Assembly (NCBI GenBank): GCA_951406725.2
Contig: OX597819.1
Coordinates: 1,984,001 to 2,048,000 of the forward strand
DNA: 64,000 bases
Source: Octopus vulgaris
Lineage: Eukaryota
Direction of reading: 5' to 3'
The translations under genes and the position numbers were made by a program. The notes beneath the pieces are model-generated. The model ran no database searches. It worked only from the letters and a program-made list of their open reading frames with translations, and was not told where the DNA came from. This document shows, piece after piece, positions 25,192 to 40,250 of the stretch (its first letter is position 1; every line of letters starts with the position of its first letter).

Positions 25192-25400
25192 TATAGTATA
25201 GATATATGCGTGTGTGTATACATATGCACCCCCACACAATATATATATATGTACGTATGTATGTATGTATGTATGTATGTATGTATGTATGTATGTACGT
25301 ATGTATGTATGTACGTATGTGTGTATGTATGTATGCATGTATGTGTGTATGTATGTTTGTATGTATGCATGTATGTATGCATGTATGTGTGTATGTATGT
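25120..25400. repeat. (TA)n and (TATG)n microsatellites
   Basis: Directly visible. Confidence 0.95.
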
Positions 25401-26440
25401 ACTAGGTTGAAAGCCGCACGATATGGCGGCTTTTTAGCTGGTATGCAGCTTTTAAGCAACTAACCCGAAATGGAGAGTTCTGCAAACAGATTTCTGACTT
25501 GTTGTGGAGAATTTGTTGTAATTGCTCCTCCAGAGTCATATCCCAATGATGATCATATTCGTCGCTAAAAATCATGTGAAAAAATCCCCGAAAAGAATCG
25601 CAGTAATGAAAATATAGGAATCCAAAATTTCAGGATTGCACGTCCGGATTCGGCCCGGAATGTTTTTAATTTACTCATGGAGTCAGCCTGATTCCAAGAT
25701 GGTATGATATGTTGGGCTACGGCCTCTAGGAGTAAGGTTGAAATGTGTAACACACTGATACACTGACATTCACATTTATTATATTATATATGTTTAATTT
25801 GACGGAAATTGTATTTCAATTTATGTATGTGCGTGTGTGTATGTATATGCATTTTATGCACACACACATACACCACACCACACACACACACACACATATA
25901 TACATGTTTGTATTACAGAAGGCCAAAAATATAACAAAAATGATAGAGTTCCGTAGTTGGTTCAGTATGCTGGCCACAGGAATTTCTCTCCAGGAAAGTT
26001 GTACATCTCCCTTTTTCTCTCACATATCTACTCTTTCTTTCTTTCACACACACACTCTCTCTCCCATTGCCACCATCAACACTACTGCTTTTAATAAAAC
26101 CTCAAATATCCCTAAATTTTGGGTCTCTCTTTCATTATCTCTCTTTTTATTTCCTTCCTCTCGCTCTCTCTCTCTTTCTGTCTTTCTCTCTCTCTCTCTC
26201 TCTCTGTCTTCGCCACCGCTCTCACCGTCTCTATGCCTACTATTACTCTCACACCAGCACGAAGAAGTGTCATTGAATAGTGAGGGAGGAGGTCAAAACG
26301 TGACACACTGATACACATTTATTATGAGATGTTTAAGTTTTGGGAGACTGCATTTCAATTAAAGTGTATTTTATATGTATATACATACATAGATATATAC
26401 AAACATACCTATATATATATGTATATATATATAGAGAGAG

Positions 26441-26504
<64 letters not shown>

Positions 26505-26505
<1 letters not shown>

Positions 26506-27600
26506 CTTACAACTTGAGCAAAAGGTGTACATACGCCGCTATATGTATATATAAATAAAAAAAACGGAACAAAAACGTAACGGACGGCAATGAAAACATA
26601 CGGACATATGACGATACAAAGATGGACAGGAAAACCAGAACGGAACATTCTTGGCTTACTATTCATTAGTCAAGCTTCCATTCATCCTTACAATTTCGGC
26701 CTGTTACACTTGCGACTGTTCGCAATTGGTAGGGTCAAAAATCTAAGCTAAAAGCATTACATTTTTAGAAGAAAGCAAGCGAATACGTGTGATAACACGG
26801 ATAAAAAAAAACAGAAAACGTAGAAAATGTTACACGATTACAAATGCAAGCATGAGAATAACAACAGGTGTCTTTCGACCAAAAGGACAAGTTAAGTTAA
26901 GCTGGCGAGTGAAGTGGAAACCTTGCGGCTACAAATGTAGATGAAACTCAGGAGACAGGAAAATAAGGTGTGGTGCGAGCGGCGGTCAGGCCAAGTTAGA
27001 AAGATCATGCTTCGCCGAGCACCGGTCATGTGAGCGGAACAGAGAGAGGTAGGGAGCAGAGGGATTGAAGAATTAAGGAAGGAACTAGGGAGAGAGAGAG
27101 AGGATAGAAGGAAAGGTACGAGCGTGATTACAGAGGAAAGTAGGGAGATTAAAGAAAGAGAATGCCGAGAAAAGTGAGAGAGGGGCAGCGACAAAAAGGA
27201 AAATGAAAAGAAAGAGTTCTCAGCTTGTAAGTAAGTAAATTCTGTACGATTTTCTTCTTTCTTTCCTCTTTTCCTTTTTCTCGCTTCCCCTCTCTCACTT
27301 TCTTGGCATTCTACTTCTTTGCAACTGTTTCCCTCTATTATGAGATCTAGTTATGTTTCCTCATGTGATATGCAAATATTGTCTCCGTAACTTTAAAATC
27401 TTCGGGTTCAAGAGTTTATCAGGGTGTGCTGTTGCCGAAGGGCCGCTGGCAAACTGATTTGAATGTGTAGAAGTAGTGGTATGATGATTCTATGACAGTG
27501 GTTGCCGTTTTAAAAGGATTGGCATTTGATTCCTTTGTACCGTTGATTTGCTGATTACACAAGCAATTGTCTTCAGCTGACCTTCAAGATTCAACACTCG
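26505..27600 (-). mobile_element. Probable Penelope-like remnants (pLTR-like segment plus coding scraps)
   Basis: Purine-rich plus-strand skew like that of 29540-30300, next to (GATA)n. The motif match is weak. Confidence 0.4.
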
Positions 27601-27691
27601 GATACGTACACACATCACACGTACACGCACACACGTACATATATTTATATAAATATATATATACATTCACATACGCATACACATACACAGA

Positions 27692-27722
<31 letters not shown>

Positions 27723-27890
27723 TATATATACATCTACGTATATACACACAGGCTCACATATACACAGATACATACACAGATGACCGTGTGTTCATACACA
27801 CATAATTACACATGTATATACATATATATATATCTACTTACGCACATACACACACACACGAACACACTCACATCCATACATATAAGTATA

Positions 27891-29133
27891 CATGGGTTGG
27901 ACCAAATAATGGAAATACCTAGCATAGCATTATAATTTGGAAATATCTGTAAAACCATCAAAAGCTTGTTTATTTTTATGTTTTTTTTATTTATCTATTA
28001 TTAGTGTTGCTTAATATTTTTTGCTAAAATTGCTGTTTCTTTTCAGATATCGTCAAAGATAAAGTAATTAAAATTCATTAAAATGACAAATCTATCGGAC
28101 TTTCAAACACGTCAAATTGTTGGTGCTCGTATAGCAGGCACTAGCGTAACGAAAACAGCCGATATTGTTTGGTGTATCAAGAAATATTGTCTCGAATGTA
28201 ATGACAGCTTTTGAGAAAGAGGGAAAAACCTCCTCAACGAAACAAAACTCCGGAGGAAAACCAAAACTTTCAGATAGGGACCGTCGGACTCTTACGCAAA
28301 TTGTTAGAAAGGATCACAGAAGTCCAGCCACACAAATTACTACAGAGCTTAATGGCCACCTCTAAAACCCCAGTTTCCACAAAAACTGTTCGCCGGGATC
28401 TGTACAAAGCCAGATTTCTTGGGAGGGCTACAATCAGAAAACCATTACTTTCAAAAACAAACGTTGCAAAGCGTTTAGAGTGGAGTAAAAACCTACAGAA
28501 TTAGTTCTTAGAACAGCGGAAGAATGTTATTTTCTCGGACGCATCATCCTTTACCTTATTTCCGACCACCCGCCGAGTATATGTGTGGAGACAGCCAAAA
28601 GAAGCATTTCACCCAGACTGCTTTCTTCCAACTGTTAAACACGGATGTGGATCTGTGATGATCTGGGAGCCTATATCCACCGGCTCAACGGTTTCCCTTC
28701 ATGGCAGAATTAATAGTCAAGATTATTTAAGCATTTTATCTGATCAAATACAGCCTATGGTTGCAGAACTGTTTCCGGAGGGAAACGCAATCTTTCAGGA
28801 TGATAAAGCACCAATTCACACAGCTAAAGTTGTTACTGAATGGCACGAGGAACATTCTAGTAACGTTGAACATCTTATCTGGCCATTACAGTTCCCAGAT
28901 CTCAATATTATTGGACATTTATGGTGCACTTTAGAAAAACAAGTAACGAGTCGATATCCTCCACCATCATCACTACAAGAACTGGAGAGTGTTTTAGCTG
29001 AAGCATGAACAAAAATTCCTTTGGAAAAAATTCGAACTTTGTACGAGTCCATACATCGTAGAATTCATGCTTTAATTACTGCTAAAGGCGGTCCTACCCC
29101 ATATTAAAGTATATATGTTTGAAATTTTAAGGT
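27891..29133 (+). mobile_element. Tc1 (DD34E-type) DNA transposon; left end intact, right TIR missing
   Basis: TA|CATGGGTTGGACCAAATAATGGAAA at the left end, followed by a transposase. No matching inverted end after 29133. Confidence 0.9.
28083..29107 (+). pseudogene. Tc1 transposase pseudogene
   Basis: MTNLSDFQTRQIVGAR (HTH); KPKLSDRDRR; IFSDASS; TVKHGCGSVMIW; FQDDKAPIH; FPDLNIIGHLW (catalytic E appears as G); GGPTPY*. Contains frameshifts and stops. Confidence 0.92.
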
Positions 29134-29539
29134 GGCCGCCCTGTCACAAAAATACTTTGTCTTGCTATTTAATGTTGTCTATATTGCCCAGGATTTTTCT
29201 AAGCATTACTCCCCATTCTTGTCTTTTGGGTGCAATGCCCTATTTTGCTGGTTTCGTCTTTGTCCATCGTCTTAGGTTACTTTCCCTACTTTCGTAATCC
29301 ACCCAGTGTCGCTTTGTTTGCTTGAGGCCGATTCTCTGCGTCTTTCGTAGGCTTCACCAAGACGGGAAGCCCCTCAGTGTTATCGTTAAAGTATTACCAT
29401 TCTGGTTGATAACTGATGAAGAATTGGAGACCCTGTGTTTCTTATACGTTTTTTTATCTGTCGTTTATTTAGAGTACATTTTTTCACACAACTAGATACA
29501 GTATGCAGCACACACCAGACGTTCATTACATATATATAG

Positions 29540-31401
29540 TGAGAATTTATAAAAACAACATAAGACAAAGGCTGGTGCGTAAACAACAAACAGATGTATT
29601 AATTTAACGCTCGGGAAGAGAGAAAGTCTTTTACGTTTCGAGCCTACGCTCTTCGAATGAAAGGAACACATAAATAAATATTGTGGCTAGCGATCTATCA
29701 TGGCGAATGCCGGACAAAGGGGTCACACAGAAGAGCTAAGAAGAAGGGGAAATAATAAAGTAGTGGTGATCCCAAAACGAAGGTAACGCGTGCGTGTGTA
29801 TTTGAGAGCGTGTATGTGCGTGTGGAAGGGGGGATCGTGACATTGAGGTGTGCGCTTGTGCATGTGTAGGTGGATGATGGTGTAGTTACTGGAAAGTGGT
29901 CAGTGCTAGTGTGCTGGTGAGGGTGCTGGGAAGTAGTCAGTGCTAGTGTGTTCGGGGTGGTGTGATGTGGTGTGGTGGTGTGGGGTGTGGTGGGGTGTGG
30001 TGGTGTGTAGTGTGGTGGTCTGTGGTGTGGTGGTGTGTGGTGTTGTGGTGGGTGTGCTGGTGTTGGGGTGTTGGGTAGGCAATATTGCGGGAAGCAAGGG
30101 TGGTGTCTAAGGGATGGGCTGGGCGTGAGATGGGATGTATAGAGACGGTGGGGTTGGAATGTGTAGGGTAGGGTAACGAGGGAGGGGTGACGATGAAGAG
30201 AGAGGATGGAAGTGAGAAAGTGGGTAGGAGAGAAGAGAGAAAGTAGGTGCCAGAGCAAAAGAGGAGAGGTGGGTGGGAGGAAGTAGGTGTGAGAGGAAGG
30301 GAGGAGATAGGAGGAGGGTTAGATGAAGAGGGGAGTAGAGTTGAGCCCTTGTGGCGCAAAGGAGCGAAGAGAGAATATCAATCCCTGCCCACGGCGAAGA
30401 CGGGAGTCCGGATGGCCCCTGTGCAAGGACAATCCGAACATAGACAGTTGTTGTAAAGAGTGACCGGTAGAGCGTAAATGACGTGAGATCGGAGTGTCGT
30501 TAACGAGTCGGGTGTCTGGGAGGTGCTCCGCAAACCAGTCAGCCAAGCGGCGTTCCGTTTAGCCGATGTATAGAGAAAGACAGAGAGAGCAGGAGATGCA
30601 GGAGATGACGATGCTAGAAGTGCAGGTGAAAGAGTCAGTGATATGATAGGGTCGATGATGGGTGCCTGCGAGGAGGGTGGTGCGGCAGTGTGGGCAGGAG
30701 CAGGGGAACGAGCCGGGTTGGGAGGTTGGGTTAGGGAAGAAGCTGTGGACCAAGAGGTCTCGTAGGTTGTGGGTTCGTTTGAAGGAGGGGAGGGGTCGGT
30801 TAGGGAAGTGGAGGGGTCGGACTGGAATTGCCGGAAGGGTCGGAGAATGGTGTGGTGCGTTGGAGAGGTAGGGTGGTGCGGAGGTAAGTGAGGGGAAACG
30901 GGAGACGGATGACGATAGGGCGGGTGCGGGGGGAAAGAGCAGATGCACGGTCCACGGAACTTGTTCTGGCATGGGCGGTGTGGATAGTGGTGAGGGGATA
31001 TCCACGTAGGATGAAGTGGTGAGCCTTGTGTTGAGACTGAGTCTCAAAGTCATGGTTATCACTGCAGAGCCTGCGTAGACGGAGGAATTGGGAATAGGAG
31101 AAGGAGAACTTGGTGTGTTTAGGGTGGGAGGAGAAGTTGAGTTAGGAGTGTGAGTCGGTGTGTTTGAAGTGGATGGAGGTGGTGAGAGTGGAGTGATGAA
31201 TGCTGAGTGAAATGTCGAGAAAGGCGACTGAGGTGTCAGAAATAGTGCAGCAGAAGTGGAGGGCAGGATGGAAAGATTTAACAAAAGAGAGGAAAGAGTC
31301 TAGATGTTCGCGGGTGAGTGAGGTCGCACCGATACAGTCATCAATATAACGGCCGTATAGTTCAGGAGTGGGACCAGTGAAACTTGAGAATATTTGAATC
31401 T
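29540..31401 (-). mobile_element. 5'-truncated Penelope-like element (RT C-half, GIY-YIG endonuclease and pLTR-like 3' region)
   Basis: [10 protein letters not shown]...FHPALHF...VAFLDI...KHTDSHS; FTCTSSIVISCISCSLCLSLYIG*TERRLADWFAEH...PQGLN. Confidence 0.9.
29628..29664 (-). ncRNA. Vestigial minimal hammerhead-ribozyme-like motif
   Basis: Minus strand reads CCUUU-CAUUCGA-A-GAG-CGUAGG-CUC-GAAAC-GUA-AAAG. Stem I (CUUU/AAAG), stem II (GAG/CUC) and GAAAC-GUH are present, but the core deviates from CUGANGA. Confidence 0.5.
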
Positions 31402-31419
31402 CACACACACACACGCAAT

Positions 31420-31436
31420 AGATAGATAGATAGATT

Positions 31437-31493
<57 letters not shown>

Positions 31494-31526
31494 GTAGGTA
31501 GGTAGGTAGGTAGGTAGGTAGGTAGG

Positions 31527-31600
<74 letters not shown>

Positions 31601-31605
31601 TAGAT
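31420..31605. repeat. (GATA)n(GGTA)n(GATA)n microsatellite
   Basis: Directly visible; a further (GATA)n lies at 26440-26503. Confidence 0.95.
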
Positions 31606-31984
31606 ATATACGCATATACACACACGCATCCATATACGGTTACATACTCATATATGAATATATGTATATACATATACTTGCACGCATATACATAAACACA
31701 TATGATCGTGTTTGCACACACACCCACACACTCACACATATACACATATATATTTACTTACGTAAGTACATACACTCATGCATTGTATACACGCGAACAG
31801 GCGCACATACGTATATACATAGAGAGAAATACAACCTGACACATGCACACATGGATGAGGGGGAAAGGAGAGGGAGTGATTTCACTGAATTATCACTATT
31901 ATTATTTCACAGTGCTGTCTGGTAAAATGCATATTTCTCTGAACGGCGATTATGCTATATTCTCTGATCAGCAAGTTCGAGAGT

Positions 31985-32530
31985 ATGATGTTTTTGTGCA
32001 TGCATTGGTTCCTCAGCGGACATGCAGATTTCCTGCGACAGCTACAATTATTTGCACTATTATTATTTTTGTAGTTATCTGGTGTCATTTGGTTTTTGTT
32101 ATGTTCCGGTTGATTAGCAGTGTGTGAAGTGTTCTTGATGTTAAAGTCTGTTTTTTTTTATTCTTTTTTAAATTCTTGTTTGAATCCTGTTATAACGGTC
32201 GGGGTCGCTATCCATCTTTTTGTGATCCCTGTTGTGTTTATTTTTGCTATTATTCCTAAACTCAGTGTTATTTTGATCTGTTTGTTCCTTCTCTGTGGTC
32301 GTTGTTTACATGCATTTTTTTATTGTTGTATCTGTGTATGTAATATTCCATGTTGTTAGATGTGGCATACGATACTTTCACTGTGTTAAACCTGTTAAAT
32401 ATGTGAAGATACGATGGTATTTATGTGTTTTAGAGAAGCACCGATCTAACGCTTCAAGGAATTGTTTACCTATCTTCAATGATATTTGCAATCCGAAAAT
32501 TGGGTTATTCTATAGAACCTCGGCATTTTT
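31985..32530 (-). mobile_element. Penelope-like fragment (RT-to-GIY-YIG linker)
   Basis: IGKQFLEALDRCFSKTHKYHRIF...VKVSYAT; NCSCRRKSACPLRNQC. Confidence 0.7.
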
Positions 32531-32963
32531 TAAATCTTTTATTTAGCTAATTTTGTGTATTGTTGGCATTTTGTGCGTCACTTTTGCTATTATTGTTATT
32601 CTTTTGGATTCTGTTTACTTTTTTCCTATCTTTGCATTGTTTCTTGGGTTTTTATGTTTTTATTGTTATGTGTTTGTTCTTGTCTTTCGTGTTGTGTGCG
32701 TTTTCTACATTAGGTGTGTTGGTGTTAGTACTATTTTGAGCTTCACCAGGTGTGATCTTGGTTTTTTTCCCCTTATACCAGGCCCTAGCAATCACCTGAG
32801 GAAATGCAACTAGATGTTACAATGCAGGGAAATAGTTGGATTAATCAATTACCTGCACACCTGGAGAACTATATTGCGTGGGAACAATTGTAGAGATTAA
32901 AAAAATAAATGTCCAACCATACCCTTTCTTGCTGAGTCCAAGTTTTTTTCAATTATACATACA

Positions 32964-33004
<41 letters not shown>

Positions 33005-33559
33005 GTTTGATGTGAGAACAGAAAGTGAAGCGAAGAGCCTAAGAAGTTAGATACATTAAAAGTATTGCATATGTTAATTACAACTGTGCTTGCTATAATA
33101 GGTTCTTAACTCTTAATACTCTAATACGTGAGAAATGGAGTAGAAAACTTCAGCATGCAGTGAGACGGTTGACTTGTTTTGTTTAATGAAAATAAAATAC
33201 AAGAAAAAGGGAAAGCGCCTACGGGTATCAAATATAGAAAGACATCTTAATAATCTGGCGCGAGGATTCGTTCAACTAAGCATAAAATACAATCATGGCT
33301 AGTACGTTATATATCTGTTCAGATTTGTTGTTGTTTGGCTATTAGAAATTTTTAGTTTTAACTCAGCAGTTTCATTCGATAGATTGTTTTCCGTTTTAAT
33401 TTTCTTATCTGTTTTCTGGCGAGTAATTACTTCTTTCTAACTTCGACATTCTGAGCAGTATCTTTCTTCGTGCTAATCATGTGTTAAACCTGTTCCATGA
33501 AAAGACTTTAGAATAGACAATTTTGTCCTAGATTTCCTTTAAGAAATGGCAATACTTCT

Positions 33560-34070
33560 AGACGAGTTTGAAATTTACTATAATTCTACAATTGCGTTAT
33601 AAGATTCTTTACTTTACGCCTGCATCGCAGCCATCACCACAGTCGCACCTCTTTTATTTCTATTAAAGTGTGTGTTTCAGAGCTAACTACTTTCTCCAAT
33701 AAACCCTTCATTATATCTTTCCCAGTGGGAACATATCAATGACCCTACACACAACAAAAGTTCTGCTCCTACTTTGACATCCAGGAAGCTTTCGACTGTT
33801 TCTCAAACTGTAATCGTAGACCTAAAATACTGGTCACTGAGCTTCACACAGAGCTTTACTGCCAAACCACTCTATTGAAGTTTGAAAAGGAAATTTCTCC
33901 TGCAAACTGCAATCTAGCAATTCTGGAATATCTCAGGTTTATTTGAGAACATGAAACCTATTATGTAATTTTTTTTTTACCTTTTCGAGTCGCCTCTAAA
34001 AAAACACATTATTCCTTCTCACCATTCTCACACAGATATCATTGGTATAAAAGCTAAATACTGCATGGTA
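33560..34070 (+). mobile_element. Ancient LINE RT remnant (CR1/L2/Jockey-like)
   Basis: YFDIQEAFDC at ~33770-33800 resembles the D.SKAFD RT motif; the rest is very decayed. Confidence 0.35.
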
Positions 34071-36913
34071 GACTTCTGTCCTGTTTACGAACAGAGACGT
34101 CGGAAACATCTAATAGGAAATCAACAGCGCCAAAGTGCAAATCTATACATGTTGGGAAAACGGTCTGGCGACTCGCCATGGCTAGAGATAAACAACGTAT
34201 AACTAAATCTCTCAGAGTCTATCAATACTGCATCTCAAAAATATCTGATGGCCTCTAATAGCAATTTCTCATATAACACATTGCCAAAACATTATTAAAA
34301 TTGCAAGGCTTTCTCTTCAGCTCTACGTAACTTTTCAAGTCTCCTCAGGTACAGACATTCTAAACCTCAAATCAAAATCTGGCCATCTTGAGCCAATATG
34401 GCGAATATTGTCTTTATATCCGCCTAATGTTACTTTTTCTTCATTATAATACGTTGTCATTCATATATACTCAATAGGTTAGTTGCGAATTAATTTGTAA
34501 TGCAGCTGGAAATTAGCTTTTTAATATATATGATCACTTTATCACTTGTCTGCTAAATATTGTCAATAAAATCACCAGTCAGTAAAACGAAGCTACAAAG
34601 CAGTTCAGATTTCTCCCTCCTAGAGAATAATCGGCCAATCATGATATTTTTATATATTTTCAATAACTAATCAATAAGTCTTGTATTTTGTAATATGATA
34701 TATCTTTGTTACCCTCAATAACAAAGCAGTCACAAAACTAGTAAATCCATAAAATTCCACAAAAGATAGACAAATATACACTCTAATAACGTCCAATGAG
34801 TGAGATATCATTCAGTTCATGTTAAACGTAAAGACTAGTTAGATAATCGGTGTAATGTAAATCTAATGCACTGAAGAACACAACTGTTTGGCTCTGCAAT
34901 GTGAGACAATCATGTGCTTTTTTTTAGATTGCAGTCGTGCACAATGCACAAATGTCTCTGATACTGAGAGTAGGTTGTCACTACTCGATTTTCACTTTTA
35001 ATCAAAACCTTCTGCAGGTAGTACACTATTAGATACACAACTTCATTGAAACGAATAACTTGACAGATGCATAGAACACAAACTACTTGTTTCAATCAAC
35101 TTTAACCCAGGTCGTCATTAATATGGGGAAATCATTTAAGCTGATTTTTTTTCTCGTCTGACTGGAGTTTATTTTGAACATACATTGATAGTTATATCCT
35201 GAAACTCCTGACATAACTTTGATGTGAAAGGAAGTACGAGTACAGTTGGTTTGGTTTCGAAATATTTATAAATAGGCGAGAGTTAATATTAGGTCGAAAG
35301 CACTTAAATTGTATCTCAGTACCTTGAAAGAGTGAATAAAATTGTCTGTAAAGTTAGAAAGCAACATCAGTCTTAATTTATCTGCAAAAATTATTGCAAT
35401 AAACTAACAATTTTGTTTCAAAGTATTTTGTGGGCCATTCGACAATGATGGCTGAAGTCGACTACTGTTGATATGTTTTCAGAACTGTTGTTTGTTTTTT
35501 TACCGTTACAAAGACTCAGTTGTGTAGAGAAACTCGTAGAAGTACGCTAGAGGTAAATTATAGTTGTCATCACTTTGTTGTGCAAATACACGAATTCACA
35601 CGAACCGTCGAAAAATGCATCACCTACATTCCATGACAAGGGAATAATTGTGGAATGTGGCGGCCCCTCCTTCACTTCGGCCTGTGGGCTCTGTCCAAAT
35701 GGTGTCATCTCAACATCCTAGTATGTCAATCCAACATATGGAATCTACATATGGAATCTTCCAATTTTTATCTTTTAGATGCCGTTAAGTAGTAATGTAG
35801 TAATGACAAAAATTTCAGAAGATGACTGTTTTCTTGTGCTGTTCTGAGAGCCGGAGGTTTTCCAGAAACAATAATACTGTCTTCAGTGATTTTCCTGATG
35901 CCAATTTAGGTGGTATCAACGAAGTTAATCCCTAACATATAGTATCTGAGATACTTTCCACACATCAGACACCACTGCAGTAGAAAATAAGAAAGTATTT
36001 TGTCGTACCTGTCCAGTTTGTTTAGTGAGGAAGATTCTTCGTGGTTGTCCTTCCTTTCTCGTGAAATTCCTTTGATGCACGTCACTAGAAAGCAAGAGGT
36101 GTCTAAACTGGATTTTCACTTCACTGCTATGTTCTAATTTAATGTTCATTTTCCGTTTTGTTCCTTGAAATTGTAATTATTGCACACCTGATTTGGGCAC
36201 CTTCATAGTAAATTTGTCTTTATATTTTACATACAATATCTTCATTATGCGTTCACATATCCCTTGCAATCTTCCTTATTTTTCGTAAGAGTGTTTTGAT
36301 TAGTTAATATTAGTTAATACTATTTCTTTTAATGGAAGGGGTGAATATTTTTCTCAATATATTGAAAGAATAGATTATAGAAATACCTTTAGCAGTTGGA
36401 AAATATACTAACAAGAATTCGACTTTGTTAATAGTGATATATTTTATTTCAATATGTACACATATGGAGTTCGGTGTACTCTTGGATGTATTATTTACGT
36501 CTTACACTTACATTTTCTATCACTCTCTCTCTCTCCTTCTATTGCTCCTTCTCTCCTTAGCCTCCCTCTCTGTCCTGATATATAAATATATATAAATATC
36601 TTAACCATTGACATTTAATAAGGACGCCCATTGCCTTTGATGGATGAACCGTCCTCTGCTAGACTCACAATTTCTATTACAAAATGGAGTGAATATAATT
36701 GTTGATGGTAGTGGTAGTTATGACGGTAGACGGTAACCAGAGTTTTATCTCTCATTTCTCTCTTCTGATGTCTTCTTATTTTGCTGTCCATCTCCAGTAA
36801 ACTATAAACTGTTTTATTTTCATATGTCATCAAAGTATATACGCTCCAGTAATTATGTTTGCCAATAGGATTGCAAAGAGGCTATAGATGCGAATGTCGT
36901 TCGAAAAACTTCC

Positions 36914-37870
<957 letters not shown>

Positions 37871-40167
37871 AGTTGTTGTTGGCATCTTTTTTGTTTCGCA
37901 TCGTTTTTGTTTGCGCATAAAATAATCTAGTGCCGTTTTTACATTTCATGTCCTAATACATCTCCTGTTGCGGCTGTGTAGTCCTATCCTGGACAAACAC
38001 TCCCTCTAGCAGGTGCCGCAAATGTAGCAAAGACTTTGCCTGGATGGTTGTTATGTCATAATTTCTTGTTGACATCCTTTCTTGTCTTTCCATTTCTCCT
38101 CTCTCCCCCTGTCACTCCTTTGTGACAGGTTTTCGGGCATGCACCCATTTACGGGGCGGTCAAAGGTTTTTGGTAATCCCCGAACAAAGTGGGATCTAGT
38201 GTGGTACTTTCATGTGGCGATATATCATAACTGATGATGGGGGATGAGTTGTGCTCGCCAAGAGTGGAGGCAATTAGTGGCAGCTTCATGCCGATTGCCA
38301 GAATTAGATGTAGCGTCAGTACCTATCTCAGGAGGAGCTGGCACCCCAACTTGTAAACTATATGCGCGGTGAGAATAAAAAGAAGCTTGTATACATGAGA
38401 ATCACTTCATCATGCATATGTACGTAGATATACGAGCATGATAACTCTGGTCAGGAAACGTATGGAATATATCGAAGTTAAGACCATTAGAATTACAATT
38501 AAAACATCGCAGCCAGATTTAATATCTAGGTCTGACATACAGTTGATATCTCAAAATTCTAAAACCTCTTAAAATTTCAGTGATGAATTTATTACATAAA
38601 CTATCCAAAATATTGCACATATTATGTAATGTTATTTCATTGAATTAGGCTTCGTATTTTTATTCAGAGCAAATTAGAAACAATGCTATTAAATAGGTTA
38701 CAGTAGAAAAAAAAATCAAGACAGCAAAGCTTCTGTGTAATTTCATTTTGATGTATCACTGCCTAAATTTCACATTCTAGTAGAAGTGAATTCACATATT
38801 CTCCCAGTGGGATCGCCATTAATTTACTCAGTGGCTTCAGTGAATTAGCTTTCTATAATACTCTTCATTGTTTCATACGAAAATTAATCAATAAATAAAC
38901 TATAATTTTCAAATGACACCAATTCCATTGATTGTCTTTGATTACCATAATGGCATTCAGCAGAAAAGAACTGTATTATAATTTGCGTTGGCACAAAACA
39001 AACGAGTCAAGTTGTAGCAGACATTAATTTTGAAAATCAAAGTTAGAGTTTAACTCATTATCTAAATAAGGGAATTAAAAGAATTCTATAGAATAATAAA
39101 ACACTCCACTGCTTTTCAAATGCGAGAATTCAAAATGTCTTATGATCTTTTAATGGTACCATGCATCCATGGAAGGATCAGCTCAACGCAACTAAAATAG
39201 CTTCCTAACAACAACTCGCCCTCCTAATCACACTTTTCCTACTGCTCATTCTGCTACTAGAAATTTGTACAAGTCACCAGACATTTCATATTTTTGCTCA
39301 CTATTTCTCGACTTTTTCACAGTAACTCTAATTTATGTCTATTCCATTCTTTCTCCACTCTTATCTCCATCTCTTTCTCCCCTTATTTTCTAAATGCTAT
39401 CATAACAATATGTAGAGCGTGGACACTTCAAATTTTTTATTGTTTATATGGAGTGTATTCATAATACACGTTATATTTTACACTATTCATAATATAGTTT
39501 CTGTTGATATTATGTACAATATATTAATTTTGAAATTAAGTAAATGATAACACGTTTTCATAACTCGTAAGGAGGTTTTCATATCTAAATAAATTAACAA
39601 GTTTTAGTCATTGACTGTTATAGTTGGAACTTGAAGTATTTATTTTTTTATCATTTGAATTTTGTAGATTACTTTCAAGCACTTTTTATTGTAAGAGAAA
39701 CTGAATTACAAAACTTAAATTATTGTTCTATTGTAATATTATAGTTGCTTCTTATCTATTTTGATAACTACTTACACACAGACAGTACATATTTATCTTC
39801 GTATTTATTTTGTCAGGAACAGATGTAGGTTTTAGGCCATATTCATTTAAAACGAAATGTTCTCTCTTAACAATTCATATTTTTTATGGAAACAGAGCAG
39901 AGAAACCCTCTTGATAGACTGAATCAATCGTTCAAGTTTGGTTCAGATTTGGATTTCATTTAAATTTCTGACGCTGTAACTACAGGGACGAGTATAATAA
40001 CTTCCTTTTCCTGTTTGAAAAATGCAAATAAATGCTTGCAAATTTTTCTGCTTTTGAAGACTTTTTTTTTTCTGAGAGGATCATGGTATAATAGATGGTA
40101 TAATTAAATACTTTCACACTACAGTTTTTATTGGGTATACTGAACCAGAAACTGCTTAAAATATTGA

Positions 40168-40250
<83 letters not shown>

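Noticed and set aside
25409-25436. AAAGCCGC-loop-GCGGCTTT(TT) hairpin resembling an intrinsic terminator
   Set aside because: Eukaryotic context with no upstream gene; more likely a TE terminal hairpin or chance.
26630-26730. Second hammerhead candidate (minus-strand CUAAUGA; GCCGAAA)
   Set aside because: The elements are in the wrong order and I could not form the stems.
34915-34975. Possible exon after ttttttttAG
   Set aside because: No recognisable peptide, a weak donor, and such acceptors are common in AT-rich DNA.
35560-36200. Possible ancient Tc1 transposase on the minus strand (RKEGQPRRIFLT)
   Set aside because: Too decayed; no catalytic motif or TIR could be verified.
37950-38390. 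GC-richer island, possibly an exon or a LINE 5' leader
   Set aside because: No ORF, splice pair or diagnostic motif to support a call.
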